In this document: positions 1-9,224 of the stretch, piece after piece
How the letters are laid out: every line of letters begins with the position of its first letter
Numbering within the stretch: position 1 is the stretch's first letter
Source of the DNA: a bacterium
Lineage (GTDB): Bacteria > UBA8248
Assembly: GCA_965219955.1 (NCBI GenBank)
Contig: OZ244799.1
Span: 2,368,001-2,432,000, forward strand
Length of the DNA stretch: 64,000 nucleotides
Direction of reading: 5' to 3'
Translations under genes and position numbers: made by a program
Notes under the pieces: generated by a model
Databases searched by the model: none
What the model was told of the DNA's origin: nothing
The model's input: the letters and a program-made list of their open reading frames with translations, nothing else

Positions 1-142
1 GTGGCAGGATCCTACTGCGATAACGTGGGCCGCCCTTTTTCCGGAAAAGGCGTGAATTCCCGTGAATTTCCGTAAAATTGGATAAATTCAGGTAAATAAC
101 GATAAATTCATGAGCGGTCAAGTAGCTGATATACAAGGGGTT

Positions 143-1780
143 CTAGCGGTTTCGCCACGAAATCGAGCCGACGGGAAGGGGGGCGGCCGAAAAGCCGTCA
201 TCGGTTTTTTTCACGAAAACGTTCACCCGCCAGCGCGCGTCATCCGCGTCGGGATAATCCGTCCGGTAGTGCGCGCCGCGGCTCTCCGTTCGCATGAGGG
301 CGCTCTCCACCACCGCCCGGGCGCTCAGGCACATGTTCTCGGCCTCGACGGCCTCCACGAGACGCGCGGGTTCGCTCCCCCCGCAGTTGGTGAGGCCGCG
401 CTCGGCATCCGCGAGTTCCGCCCGCGCCTCCTCCAGCAGGCCGCCCTCGCGCACGATGCCGGCGTTCTCCCAGCAGACGCGCTTGATCTCGCGGGCGATC
501 TCCACCCCGCGGCCCGTCCTCCCCGCCCGCGCCGCCAGGGCGTCGGCGCCGCGCCGCGCGAGCGTCTGGTCCGCCGCGCCCTCCGCGCCGCGCGCATAAT
601 GGGCGGCCGCCTTCGCCGCGCGCCAGCCGAGCGCGTGGGCCTCGGTGAAGGCGTTGTTCGAGAGGCGGTTCGCCCCGTGCGCGCCGGCGCTCGCCTCCCC
701 CGCCGCGTAGAGGCCCGGCATGGCCGTGGCGCCCGCCCCGTCTATCGGCACCCCGCCCATGAAGAAGTGCGCCTTGGGCGTGACGAAAATCTCGCTGCTG
801 TGGGGCGAGACGCCCCTCCTCGCGAAGAGCTTCAAGTTGTCGGGGGCGAAATGCTCGAGGTCCTCCATCGGGATGCCCGACAAGTCCATCTGCACGGCGC
901 CGTCCACCCCGCCGCCCCCCATGAGTTCGAGATAGACCGCCCGCGCCATCAGGTCGCGCGTGGCCCCGCCGCCGCCGGGCACGTCGCGCAGGACGTCGGC
1001 GCCGTCGCGGTTCAAAAAGCGCGCGCCGAGCGGGAACAGCGTGGGCGCCACGACCATGTTGCTCTCGGGCCGCTTGATGACGGCCGGGTAGAACTGGACG
1101 AACTCCATGTCCGAGAGCGCCAGGCCGGCCCGGAGCGCCATGCCGAAGGCGTCTCCCGTGATGCCGCCCGCGTTCGTGTTCTCCGAAAAAATCTGCCCCG
1201 CCCCGCCCGTGGCTAGGATGGTGGAGGGGGCGTGGACCGCGTAAATCTGGCCGCTCCTTGTGTGAAAGCCGACAACCCCCCGGCAGACGCCCCTGTCCAC
1301 GAGCAGGTCGACCGCCATGACGTGTTCGAGGATGCGCGCCCCGTCCGCGTCGAGCTTTTTGCGCAGCGGCCGCGCCACCTCCACGCCCCAGTTCCTGACC
1401 GGGTAGAGGCCGCGGTCGCGCCTGTGGCCGCCCTGGGGGTGTAAGTCGAACGAGCCGTCCCCGCGCGTGAGGAAGGGGACGCCCCAGTCGTAGAGGTCGC
1501 GAATCCGCGCGGCGGAATCGGCGCACATGGCGTCGGCGACGCCGGGGTGGTTCAAGTAATCGCCGCCTGCGAGGGTGTCTTCGAGGAACAGGGCCGCGCT
1601 GTCGTCGGGCGCGAAATTCGCCGAATGCCCCGCCCGCGCCATGACGATGTTGCCCGAATTTCCCGGGGACTGCTTGCAGACCAGGAGCGCGTCGGCGCCG
1701 CTCTCCATGGCGGCGATAGTGGCCGTCATCGCGGCGGGGCCGCCGCCCAGGATCGCTACGTCGCAGGAGAGGGTTTCCAT
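143..1780 (-). CDS. FAD-dependent oxidoreductase, fumarate reductase/succinate dehydrogenase flavoprotein / L-aspartate oxidase family
   Basis: DVAILGGGPAA Rossmann motif, LATGGAG, EFVQFYP, HFFMGG, HGANRL and C-terminal RTESRGAHYRTDYP; start reassigned to ATG at 1780 (METLSCD). Confidence 0.85.
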   Translation of the reverse strand: METLSCDVAILGGGPAAMTATIAAMESGADALLVCKQSPGNSGNIVMARAGHSANFAPDDSAALFLEDTLAGGDYLNHPGVADAMCADSAARIRDLYDWGVPFLTRGDGSFDLHPQGGHRRDRGLYPVRNWGVEVARPLRKKLDADGARILEHVMAVDLLVDRGVCRGVVGFHTRSGQIYAVHAPSTILATGGAGQIFSENTNAGGITGDAFGMALRAGLALSDMEFVQFYPAVIKRPESNMVVAPTLFPLGARFLNRDGADVLRDVPGGGGATRDLMARAVYLELMGGGGVDGAVQMDLSGIPMEDLEHFAPDNLKLFARRGVSPHSSEIFVTPKAHFFMGGVPIDGAGATAMPGLYAAGEASAGAHGANRLSNNAFTEAHALGWRAAKAAAHYARGAEGAADQTLARRGADALAARAGRTGRGVEIAREIKRVCWENAGIVREGGLLEEARAELADAERGLTNCGGSEPARLVEAVEAENMCLSARAVVESALMRTESRGAHYRTDYPDADDARWRVNVFVKKTDDGFSAAPLPVGSISWRNR

Positions 1781-1829
1781 GGGTCCGCCCGGGATTTCAG
1801 GGGGAATTACCGATAATTCCCGCGGCAAT

Positions 1830-4100
1830 TCATATCCTTGCTTCTTCGATAGCCTCAAGCACGCGCTCGGGGCTGACGGGCAGGGTGCGTATCCGCGCGC
1901 CGCCCGTCGCGTGGTAGACGGCGTTGCAGATCGCCGCCGTAATGGGGTTGATCGCCACCTCGGCCAGCCCCTTGGCGCCGTAGGGGCCGTAGGGGTCCAT
2001 GGACTCGAAGAAATCGTGCTCTATCGGCGGGGCGTCCATCGAGGTGGCGATGAGGTAGTCGTGGAAGTTCCTGCCGCGCAGATGCCCTTCCAGCGGCGCG
2101 AGGCCCTCCATCATCGCGAAGCTCATGCCCTGCACCACGCCCCCCTCGACCTGGCCCTCAGCCCCCAGCCTGTTGATCACCCGGCCCGGGTCGTGCCCGC
2201 AGCAAACCTGCAGGACGGTGACGACGCCCGTCTCCATGTCCACTTCCACCTCGGCGCCGTGCGTGCTGAAGGAATACGTGGTCGAGGGATTCCCGTATTT
2301 CTCCTTATCCAGCACGTCTCCCCCGGCCAGCCACTTGCCCTCGCCCTCGATGACGCTGCCCGCCCGCCCCACGACCTCGCCCACCGCCATCTTCCGCTCG
2401 GGGAGGGCCTTCGCGCGGACTTCCCCCTCGACGATTTCGAGCTCATCCGCCGGGATTTCCATGAACTCCGCCGCCGCATCCAGGAGGTTCCTGCGCGCGT
2501 CCTCGGCGGCGAGTTTCACGGCGTTTCCGCCGATCAGCGTGATGCGGCTCGCGAACGCCCCCATGCCGAAGGGCATGTAGCCCGTATCCGTGGGCGGCAC
2601 CTTGAACCGCTCGACCGGAATGCCCATGACTTCCGAGGCGATGTAGGCCATCACGCTCGTGGCCCCCTGGCCCAGGTCCGACTCGCCCGACCATATCTCG
2701 ACCTTGCCCTCCTCATCCACGCGAACCACGCCGCTCGAGGGGTCGGTGTCATCCGGGCCCAGTTCGACGGAAAACCCCTTGTTGCCCGAAACATGGATGC
2801 AGCTGGCGAGGCCTATTCCGCGGCCCTTCCCGCCTCTGGCGCGCTTGGCCTTCCAGTCCATCTCCCGGACAACGTACCTGGTGGCGTCGGCCACGGCGCA
2901 ACTCGCGATTTTCCAGCCGTGGAGCGAGACGTCGCCTTTTTCGGTGTAGTTTTTCAGGCGAAGGTCTGCCGGGTCCAGGCCCAGGCCGTCGGCCACGTTG
3001 TCGAGGTGGCTCTCCCAGGCGTAGGTCGCCTGCACGTTGCCGAACCCGCGCATCTGGCCCGAGGGGATGACGTTCGTGTAGACGAGTTTCCCCTGAATCT
3101 CGGCGGCGGGCGTTTTGTAGAGATTGTCCGTCCGGAGCGCGATGGAACTCATGATGGCGGGCGAGAGCGAGCTGTAGGCGCCATTTTCCGCCACGATCCG
3201 GACGCGCTTGCCCGCGAGCGCCCCGTCATTCTTCCAGGCGGACTCCAGCGAGATGTGCACCGGCATCCTCGGGCGCATGGCGATGAGGTCTTCTTCCAGG
3301 CTCATCATGAATTTGACGGGCTTCTCCGCCGCCCGGCTCAGCATCGCCGCCATGAGGGCCGCCTTCACGTCCAGCTTGCCGCCGAAGGCGCCGCCCGGCT
3401 TGGTCTGCGTGACGCGGAAATCATCGGCGGACATGCCCATCGCCGGCGCCAGCATGAAGGTGCGGATCAGGAACACCGACTGCAGGCAGCCCCAGACGGA
3501 GATTTTTCCGCCGGGATGCCACTGCGCCGCGCAGCCGGTGGGCTCGATATAGGCCTGGTGGGCGAGATGGGTGTGGAAATCATCGGCGAACGTAGCATCC
3601 GCCTCATCGAACGCCTCGTCTATCGCGCCGCGCCTGATGTGAAACTCGTTCGCGACGTTGCCGGCGACGGAATCATGAACGAGGGGCGCGTCGGGCTCCA
3701 GCGCGGCGAACGGGTCCGCCACCGTGGGCAGAACCTCGTATTCCACGCGGATGAGCGAGAGCGCCTCGCGGGCCGTCTCCTCGTCCACGGCGGCCACGGC
3801 TGCGACTTCGTCCCCCACGTAGCGGACCTTCTCGCGGCAGAACGCGGCCTCATCCTTGTGGTTGATGCCGAACGGGGCGTCCGGCGTGTTGTTCCTCGAC
3901 AAAACGACGGCGACGCCCGGCAGGCGCTCCGCGGCCGATGTGTCGACGTGCAATATCCTCGCATGGGGATGCGGGCTGCGCAGCGCCACCCCCGTGAGCG
4001 CGTCCGGAAGCTCCAGATCGTCGATGAAAATCGTGGCGCCCGAGACTTTCTCGGCCGCGTCGATGATGGGGTGGGGCCGGCCGACGACGCGCTCGCTCAT
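1830..4100 (-). CDS. xanthine dehydrogenase family molybdopterin-binding (large) subunit
   Basis: LRSPHPHARI, VRYVGDEVAAV, GGAFGGK, MRGFG, DLGQG, FASR, GQVEGG, GAKGLAE motifs; start MSERVVG at 4100 overlaps the stop of the upstream small subunit (ATGA). Confidence 0.92.
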   Translation of the reverse strand: MSERVVGRPHPIIDAAEKVSGATIFIDDLELPDALTGVALRSPHPHARILHVDTSAAERLPGVAVVLSRNNTPDAPFGINHKDEAAFCREKVRYVGDEVAAVAAVDEETAREALSLIRVEYEVLPTVADPFAALEPDAPLVHDSVAGNVANEFHIRRGAIDEAFDEADATFADDFHTHLAHQAYIEPTGCAAQWHPGGKISVWGCLQSVFLIRTFMLAPAMGMSADDFRVTQTKPGGAFGGKLDVKAALMAAMLSRAAEKPVKFMMSLEEDLIAMRPRMPVHISLESAWKNDGALAGKRVRIVAENGAYSSLSPAIMSSIALRTDNLYKTPAAEIQGKLVYTNVIPSGQMRGFGNVQATYAWESHLDNVADGLGLDPADLRLKNYTEKGDVSLHGWKIASCAVADATRYVVREMDWKAKRARGGKGRGIGLASCIHVSGNKGFSVELGPDDTDPSSGVVRVDEEGKVEIWSGESDLGQGATSVMAYIASEVMGIPVERFKVPPTDTGYMPFGMGAFASRITLIGGNAVKLAAEDARRNLLDAAAEFMEIPADELEIVEGEVRAKALPERKMAVGEVVGRAGSVIEGEGKWLAGGDVLDKEKYGNPSTTYSFSTHGAEVEVDMETGVVTVLQVCCGHDPGRVINRLGAEGQVEGGVVQGMSFAMMEGLAPLEGHLRGRNFHDYLIATSMDAPPIEHDFFESMDPYGPYGAKGLAEVAINPITAAICNAVYHATGGARIRTLPVSPERVLEAIEEARI

Positions 4101-4579
4101 GAGCCGCCTCCCTCTCTCATCTGGCGGGCGGCGGCCGATACCGCCTCGAAAATCTTCTTGTAGCCCGTGCAGCGGCAAAGATTCCCGGCGAGGCCGCGCT
4201 GGATGTCCTCGCGCGAGGGCGCAGCGTTCTCATCCAGGAGCGCCTTCGCCGACACGACGACTCCCGGCGTGCAGAACCCGCACTGCACGCCCCCTTTTTC
4301 GATGAGCTGCTCCTGGACCGGGTGGAGGTCGTCTTCCGTTCCGACCCCGCGAACGGTGGTGATTTCGGAGCCGTCCGCCTGCGCGGCGAACACGAGGCAG
4401 GCGTTCACCGCCACGCCGTCGAGCAAAACGGCGCACGCGCCGCAATCGCCCCCCTCGCAGCTGAGTTTCACCTCGACGTAGCCGACCCGCCTGAGCGCGC
4501 GCAGGAGCGTCTCGTCCCCCCGCACGGCGAGGGATTCGTCATTTCCGTTCACGCTAAATTTTATTTCGTATGTACTCAT
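4097..4579 (-). CDS. (2Fe-2S)-binding small subunit, CoxS/CutS family
   Basis: CEGGDCGAC...C, QCGFCTPG and NLCRCTGY cysteine motifs. Confidence 0.95.
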   Translation of the reverse strand: MSTYEIKFSVNGNDESLAVRGDETLLRALRRVGYVEVKLSCEGGDCGACAVLLDGVAVNACLVFAAQADGSEITTVRGVGTEDDLHPVQEQLIEKGGVQCGFCTPGVVVSAKALLDENAAPSREDIQRGLAGNLCRCTGYKKIFEAVSAAARQMREGGGS

Positions 4580-4609
4580 TTTTTCTCAATTAAAAATGCC
4601 GAATTTTCA

Positions 4610-5464
4610 TTACACAGCCGCGATTTGCGGCATTCCCAGCGCTTTTTTCAGCAGGCGCCGGACCAGCACGCCGCACATTTTCCTGCGGTACGCCGCACTC
4701 GCCCGCACGTCGTCAATGGGCCGGGCGCCATCCGCTGCGGCGGCTGCCGCCGCCTCGATTTCCGCCTCACCGATCTCCTTACCCCGCAGATGCGCCTCCG
4801 CCGCGTGCGCGCGATACGGCACCGCGGCCACCGCGCCCATGCCGATGGCGGCCTCCGCGCAAACGCTTTCTTCCATCCGGAGAACAACCGCCACGCCCAC
4901 GACGGCGATGGCCATCGCGCGCCTGAGCTGGAGCTTGTAGTACGCGCAGCGATCCTCTGTCCCCAGCGGATCGATGACGACGGTCGTCATGAGTTCTTCC
5001 GGCCGCGCGGCCGTTTTCCGGTAGTCGAGAAAAAATTCCGAGAGCGGAAGAGTTCGTTCCCCCTCCGCCGAGGCCAGTTCGACGACGGCGTCCTGCGCCA
5101 GCAGGGGCGGGGCCAGATCGGCGGCGGGCGAGGCGTCCATGAGGTTGCCCGCCACGCTCGCGCGGTTTCTCACCAGGGGGCCCGCGAATTCCAGGGCGCT
5201 CTCATGCAGGGGCGAGGCGGCATGGCGTATCAACCCGGAATCCAGCAAATCCGTGACCGTCGCAAGTGCGCCGATTCGGATTTTTCCGTCCACTTGCTTG
5301 ATGAAGCGAAGCTCGTCCAGGCGGCTGATGTCCACCGCGCGCGCTATTTTCTTGCGCCCGAAGAGCACGTCCGGCACGAGGTTCGTGCCGCCCGCCACAA
5401 AAGCGGCGCCATCCCCCGCAGCCGCCAGTGCCTCATCCACCGATGTCGCGCGTAAAAATTCCAT
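4610..5464 (-). CDS. FAD-binding medium subunit, CoxM/CutM family
   Basis: AGGTNL, VRNRASVAGNL, ASPAAD, PIDDVRASAAYR. Confidence 0.92.
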   Translation of the reverse strand: MEFLRATSVDEALAAAGDGAAFVAGGTNLVPDVLFGRKKIARAVDISRLDELRFIKQVDGKIRIGALATVTDLLDSGLIRHAASPLHESALEFAGPLVRNRASVAGNLMDASPAADLAPPLLAQDAVVELASAEGERTLPLSEFFLDYRKTAARPEELMTTVVIDPLGTEDRCAYYKLQLRRAMAIAVVGVAVVLRMEESVCAEAAIGMGAVAAVPYRAHAAEAHLRGKEIGEAEIEAAAAAAADGARPIDDVRASAAYRRKMCGVLVRRLLKKALGMPQIAAV

Positions 5465-5538
5465 GTCCTGCCCTACTCTGAAAATTCCGCTTCGTCAGAA
5501 CCCGCGCCCACCCGGCGCTCTCCACAAGATTTCATGAA

Positions 5539-6336
5539 TCATGGCCTGATGTCGGATTCGATCTGCATCCCCGTCGCCAGGGCGTTGAAACTGTTGTAGT
5601 GGTCCACCACGCCGAGAATCTCGAGGATTCGCCCCGGCTCCCAGCCCAGATTCACCAGATACGAATGAAAATACCGTATGAAATACCCCGACCCGTTCGT
5701 GGCGCTGACGCCGAAACCCACGGCCGCCTTGGCCCCTTTTTCGAGGACACCTCCATCGAGCATGAGCTTGTGCTTGTTCCACGTCGATTCGAAATAATGC
5801 CGGTTCCGCGCCAGGCAGCGCCAATAGCGCGGAACGCCGTCTCTACCCAGGCGCGCCGATTCCACCTCCGCCACTTCGCCCATCAGTTCCCGGACGACCG
5901 GGTCGACTTCCTCTTCTTCCGCATCGGGCAGAAGAGGCGGCTTATCCTCATCCTCCAGCAAAAGCCCGAAAGCGACCTTGTTCATCCCCGAGACGTGATC
6001 CGTCAGCCCGATCAATTCCGTGATGCCCACCTCATCGACCCCCATCCGCATGACCGCGGCGATATGGGAGTCGATTCAGTAGTCGCACGCGTTGACGATG
6101 GAAACCGCCGAGGCGACCATCTCCTTGACCAGAGGCGGCACGTCTCCGCGCTGCATCGTGGCACGCGAGCGCTCCCAACTCGCCTTCATGTATTCGGGAT
6201 GACGGGTCATGGAGCGCCAGATGTTCGAGAGCGAGTCGACCCCGAATACACGCTTCTCGCGCGTCTTGACGCGTTCGACGAGTTCGCGCGCCGCCTCAGG
6301 CACCTCGTCATCGGCCAACTGGCGAATCGTCGCCAT
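5539..6336 (-). CDS. AhpD/carboxymuconolactone-decarboxylase-like tandem-domain protein, probable selenoprotein (CxxU; Sec codon at 6078-6076)
   Basis: ORFs 6076-6336 and 5539-6051 are in the same frame, separated only by TGA plus 8 sense codons, reading VSIVNACDY-U-IDSHIAAVMRMG; this matches the AhpD NxCxxCxxxH motif; SECIS-like hairpin follows; 265 aa if read through. Confidence 0.85.
6034..6075 (-). promoter_or_regulatory. putative bacterial SECIS element
   Basis: Immediately 3' of the UGA: AUCGACUCCCAU pairs with AUGGGGGUCGAU (12 bp, one G-U), 4-nt bulge, upper stem CCGCG/UGCGG, apical loop GUCA starting with G about 21 nt from the UGA. Confidence 0.75.
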
Positions 6337-6407
6337 GAAACCCTCATACCACCAGGCTCAGGAACACCGCCTCACCCTCGGCGGCGTCCCCGAACCCGGC
6401 CGGAAGA

Positions 6408-7616
6408 CTATCTCGGATACCTGAACTTCGCGTTCGCCACGCTCTTCGGACCCACCGTCTTGCGCTTTCCGTCCTGCACCTGGAACAAAACGATGGCGCT
6501 GGCCGCGTTCATGTTGCGCTTGTCGAACTTCACGGGGCCGAAGAAAGTTTTCAAGTCGGTGTTCGCAATCGCGTCGCGAACCTTTTTCTTGTCCAGCGTG
6601 CCTGCCGCCTCGATTGCCTTCTGGGCGACGATACCCGCAGTCGTCGACGCCGCGGCGACGTAGTCCGGCTCCTGATTGAACTTGGCGCGCCAGATTTTCC
6701 CGAAGTCCCGCGCCGAGCCGATGAAGCTGCCCTTGTAATCGAGCGCCTCACCCCACCAGGCGGCGGTCAGGATGTTGTTGGCCGTGCCTTTGAGCGATTC
6801 CGTGAACTGCGCGTATACCGGACCCACCATGGTGAACAGGATTTTGGGCTTCACTCCCAACTCGTTCGCCTGCTTGGTGGCGAGGAGGGTGTCGGGAAGA
6901 TAGCCGGCCACCATGAGCACGTCGGGATTCTTACCCTTCACGATCGTGAGCCAGGTGGACATGTCCTTCGAATCCTTGGGGAACTCGGCGTAGTAGACGT
7001 CCGTGAAGCCTTGTTTTTTCGCCGCCGACCTGATCGTCTTCGTAATGGCGCGCGGGAAAAAGTCGTTGCGCGTCACGAACGCGATGGTCTTCGGCATCGG
7101 CTCTTGCTCTTTCAAGAGCGTCAGGAAGTTGTTCGGCAAATACGAATTCGGCGCCAGAAGTCCGAAGAGGTATTTGTAGCCCTGGTCGAAAATCGGCTCG
7201 GAACTCGCCACGGGCGCGATGAGGGGAACCTGATAGCGCTCCGTGATCGCGGCGACGGATTTCGTCGCACCGCTTCCGAACGGGCCAAGCAGGAGGTCCA
7301 CCTTTTCCTTGGTGATGAGCCGCTCGGCGAGCTTGGTGGCCGTCGGCGTCTTGCTCTCGTAGTCGTAGTAGACGATCTTCACTTTCATCTTCTTGCCGCC
7401 TACGTTGATGCCGCCCGCCTTGTTCACGCGCTCGCGCCAGATTTCATAGCCCGCCTGCTGCTTTTTCCCCTCGGTGGCGAGCGGACCCGTGAGCGGCAAG
7501 GCGGCGCCGAATTTAATCTCCGCCGCCTGGGCGCCGTCCAGGCCCTGCAGGCCCGTCACGCCGAACGTGACAAACAAGACTGCTGCGATGAGAAACAACA
7601 GATTCCGCCTTCTCAT
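6408..7616 (-). CDS. branched-chain amino acid-type ABC transporter substrate-binding protein (LivJ/K-like)
   Basis: signal peptide, IKFGAALPLTG, VNKAGGINVGG, LLLGPFGSG, TFFGPVKFD; start at 7616 after GAGGAG. Confidence 0.9.
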   Translation of the reverse strand: MRRRNLLFLIAAVLFVTFGVTGLQGLDGAQAAEIKFGAALPLTGPLATEGKKQQAGYEIWRERVNKAGGINVGGKKMKVKIVYYDYESKTPTATKLAERLITKEKVDLLLGPFGSGATKSVAAITERYQVPLIAPVASSEPIFDQGYKYLFGLLAPNSYLPNNFLTLLKEQEPMPKTIAFVTRNDFFPRAITKTIRSAAKKQGFTDVYYAEFPKDSKDMSTWLTIVKGKNPDVLMVAGYLPDTLLATKQANELGVKPKILFTMVGPVYAQFTESLKGTANNILTAAWWGEALDYKGSFIGSARDFGKIWRAKFNQEPDYVAAASTTAGIVAQKAIEAAGTLDKKKVRDAIANTDLKTFFGPVKFDKRNMNAASAIVLFQVQDGKRKTVGPKSVANAKFRYPR

Positions 7617-7713
7617 GATTCGTCTCCTCATTAAGTGAGTGCTGCCTCTTCCGTTTACGGTTCTCACACGATATTCGCACAAGTTGATTACAGACAGATT
7701 ATATGAAAACCGG

Positions 7714-8454
7714 CTAGATGCCCAGATACGCCTTTTTCACCTCCGGATTCGCCAGCAGTTCATCCGACGTGCCGGAAATCGTCACGCGCCCGGTTTCAAA
7801 AACATACGCCCGGCTCGCGAGTTCGAACGCGGTGAGCACGTCCTGCTCCACCAGGATGATGGCGACGCCCTCCTCGTTTATCTGCCGGACGAATCCGCAC
7901 AACTCCTCCACCAGCCTGGGCGCAAGGCCCAGGGAAAGTTCATCGATCAGGAGCAGCCTCGGACGCGCCATCAGCCCCCGGGCAATCGCGCACATCTGCT
8001 GCTCGCCGCCGGACATGCTCCCCGCAAGCTGGGATTTACGTTCCGCCAGCCGCGGGAAGAATCCGTACACCCTCTCCAAATCCGCCGCCAGTTCATAATC
8101 GGCCAGCCCCCGGGCATAAGCGCCCATCAGGAGATTCTCCTCCACGCTCATCGCGGCGAAGAGCCTGCGGCCCTCGGGCACGTGGGAAATCCCCTTGGCG
8201 ACGATGCCCTCCGGCGCCATCCCCCCGATGGACTCACCACCAAGCGTTATCGCGCCCGCCCGATGAGGGAGAACGCCCGACAGCATACGCAGGAACGTGG
8301 ACTTGCCGACGCCGTTGCTGCCGACGATGGCGACGATCTCACCTTCGTTCACGCGCAGATCGATACCCCACAGAACCTGAACGTCGTCATACCCACCCGC
8401 CAGGCCGCTTACCTCCAGGAGGCTCGCTCCGTCTTGAGATGCGCCCGTCGCCAC
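7714..8454 (-). CDS. livF: ABC transporter ATP-binding protein, LivF-like
   Basis: GSNGVGKS, HVPEGRRLF, MSGGEQQM, DELSLGLAP. Confidence 0.9.
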   Translation of the reverse strand: MATGASQDGASLLEVSGLAGGYDDVQVLWGIDLRVNEGEIVAIVGSNGVGKSTFLRMLSGVLPHRAGAITLGGESIGGMAPEGIVAKGISHVPEGRRLFAAMSVEENLLMGAYARGLADYELAADLERVYGFFPRLAERKSQLAGSMSGGEQQMCAIARGLMARPRLLLIDELSLGLAPRLVEELCGFVRQINEEGVAIILVEQDVLTAFELASRAYVFETGRVTISGTSDELLANPEVKKAYLGI

Positions 8455-8456
8455 CT

Positions 8457-9224
8457 CTAGGACTCCTCGTCCAGTTTTTTCATCATCGCCACGTATTTCT
8501 CACCCAGATAGGCCTTGATGACCTGCTCGTCACTCGTCACCTCGCGCGGCAAACCTTCCGCTATCTTCTCCCCGTGGTGCAGGACGATGACGCGATCCGA
8601 GAGGTCCGTGATCACCTTCATCAAGTGCTCGATCACCAGGATGGTCACGCCCTGCTCCCTCACCTTGTGGATGAGGGAGATGGCGTTCTCGATTTCCATC
8701 GTGTTGAGACCCGCATTCACCTCGTCCAGCAGCAACACTTCCGGCTCCGTGGCGAGGGACTTGGCGAATTCCAGGCGTTTTCTCTCGGCGAGCGTGAGCT
8801 GGGAGGCGAGTTGCGCCGACTTATCGCTCAAGCCCACGAACGCCAGCATCTCATCGGCGAGTTCCTGGGCGCGCTTCACCTCCTTTTTCGACTTCTGGGA
8901 GCCGAACAGCGCGCCCATCACCACGTTCTCGCGTACCGCGAGGCCTGCGAAAGGCTGGACGATCTGAAACGTCCGTGCGACTCCCTTACGTGTGATGGCG
9001 TGGGGTTTCATGGTTTCTATGCGCTCGCCGCGAAACAGAATCTCCCCCTCGTTCGCCGGGTCGAGACCCGTGATGCAATTGAGGAGTGTCGTTTTCCCCG
9101 CGCCGTTGGGGCCGATGACGCCCAGGATTTCTCCCTTGCGCACGGTGAAATCGACCGCCGAGACGGCGGTGAGTCCGCCGAAGCGCTTCGTGACGCCCCT
9201 GCCTTCTAAAAGTGTTTCGCTCAC
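8457..9224 (-). CDS. livG: ABC transporter ATP-binding protein, LivG-like
   Basis: KRFGGLTAV, GPNGAGKTT, ARTFQ, LLDEVNAGLN, IEHLM; GTG start at 9224 overlapping upstream TGA. Confidence 0.88.
   Translation of the reverse strand: MSETLLEGRGVTKRFGGLTAVSAVDFTVRKGEILGVIGPNGAGKTTLLNCITGLDPANEGEILFRGERIETMKPHAITRKGVARTFQIVQPFAGLAVRENVVMGALFGSQKSKKEVKRAQELADEMLAFVGLSDKSAQLASQLTLAERKRLEFAKSLATEPEVLLLDEVNAGLNTMEIENAISLIHKVREQGVTILVIEHLMKVITDLSDRVIVLHHGEKIAEGLPREVTSDEQVIKAYLGEKYVAMMKKLDEES

Noticed and set aside
143-1780. nadB or sdhA gene symbol
   Set aside because: Active-site and FAD-attachment residues differ and no nadA/nadC or sdhB context is visible
110-4163. Long plus-strand ORFs (110-1216, 1575-4163) and similar long antisense ORFs throughout (e.g. 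14763-16361, 23574-25820, 41098-42648)
   Set aside because: Antisense shadows of clear genes in high-GC DNA; R/A/G/H-rich with no motifs
1830-5464. Aerobic CO dehydrogenase (coxMSL)
   Set aside because: Large subunit has GQMRGFG rather than the AYxCSFR/AYRGAGR signature; only family-level call is supported
5539-6336. Two separate small genes or a nonsense pseudogene
   Set aside because: TGA coincides with the catalytic Cys position, is followed by a SECIS-like hairpin, and the internal repeat alignment continues across it
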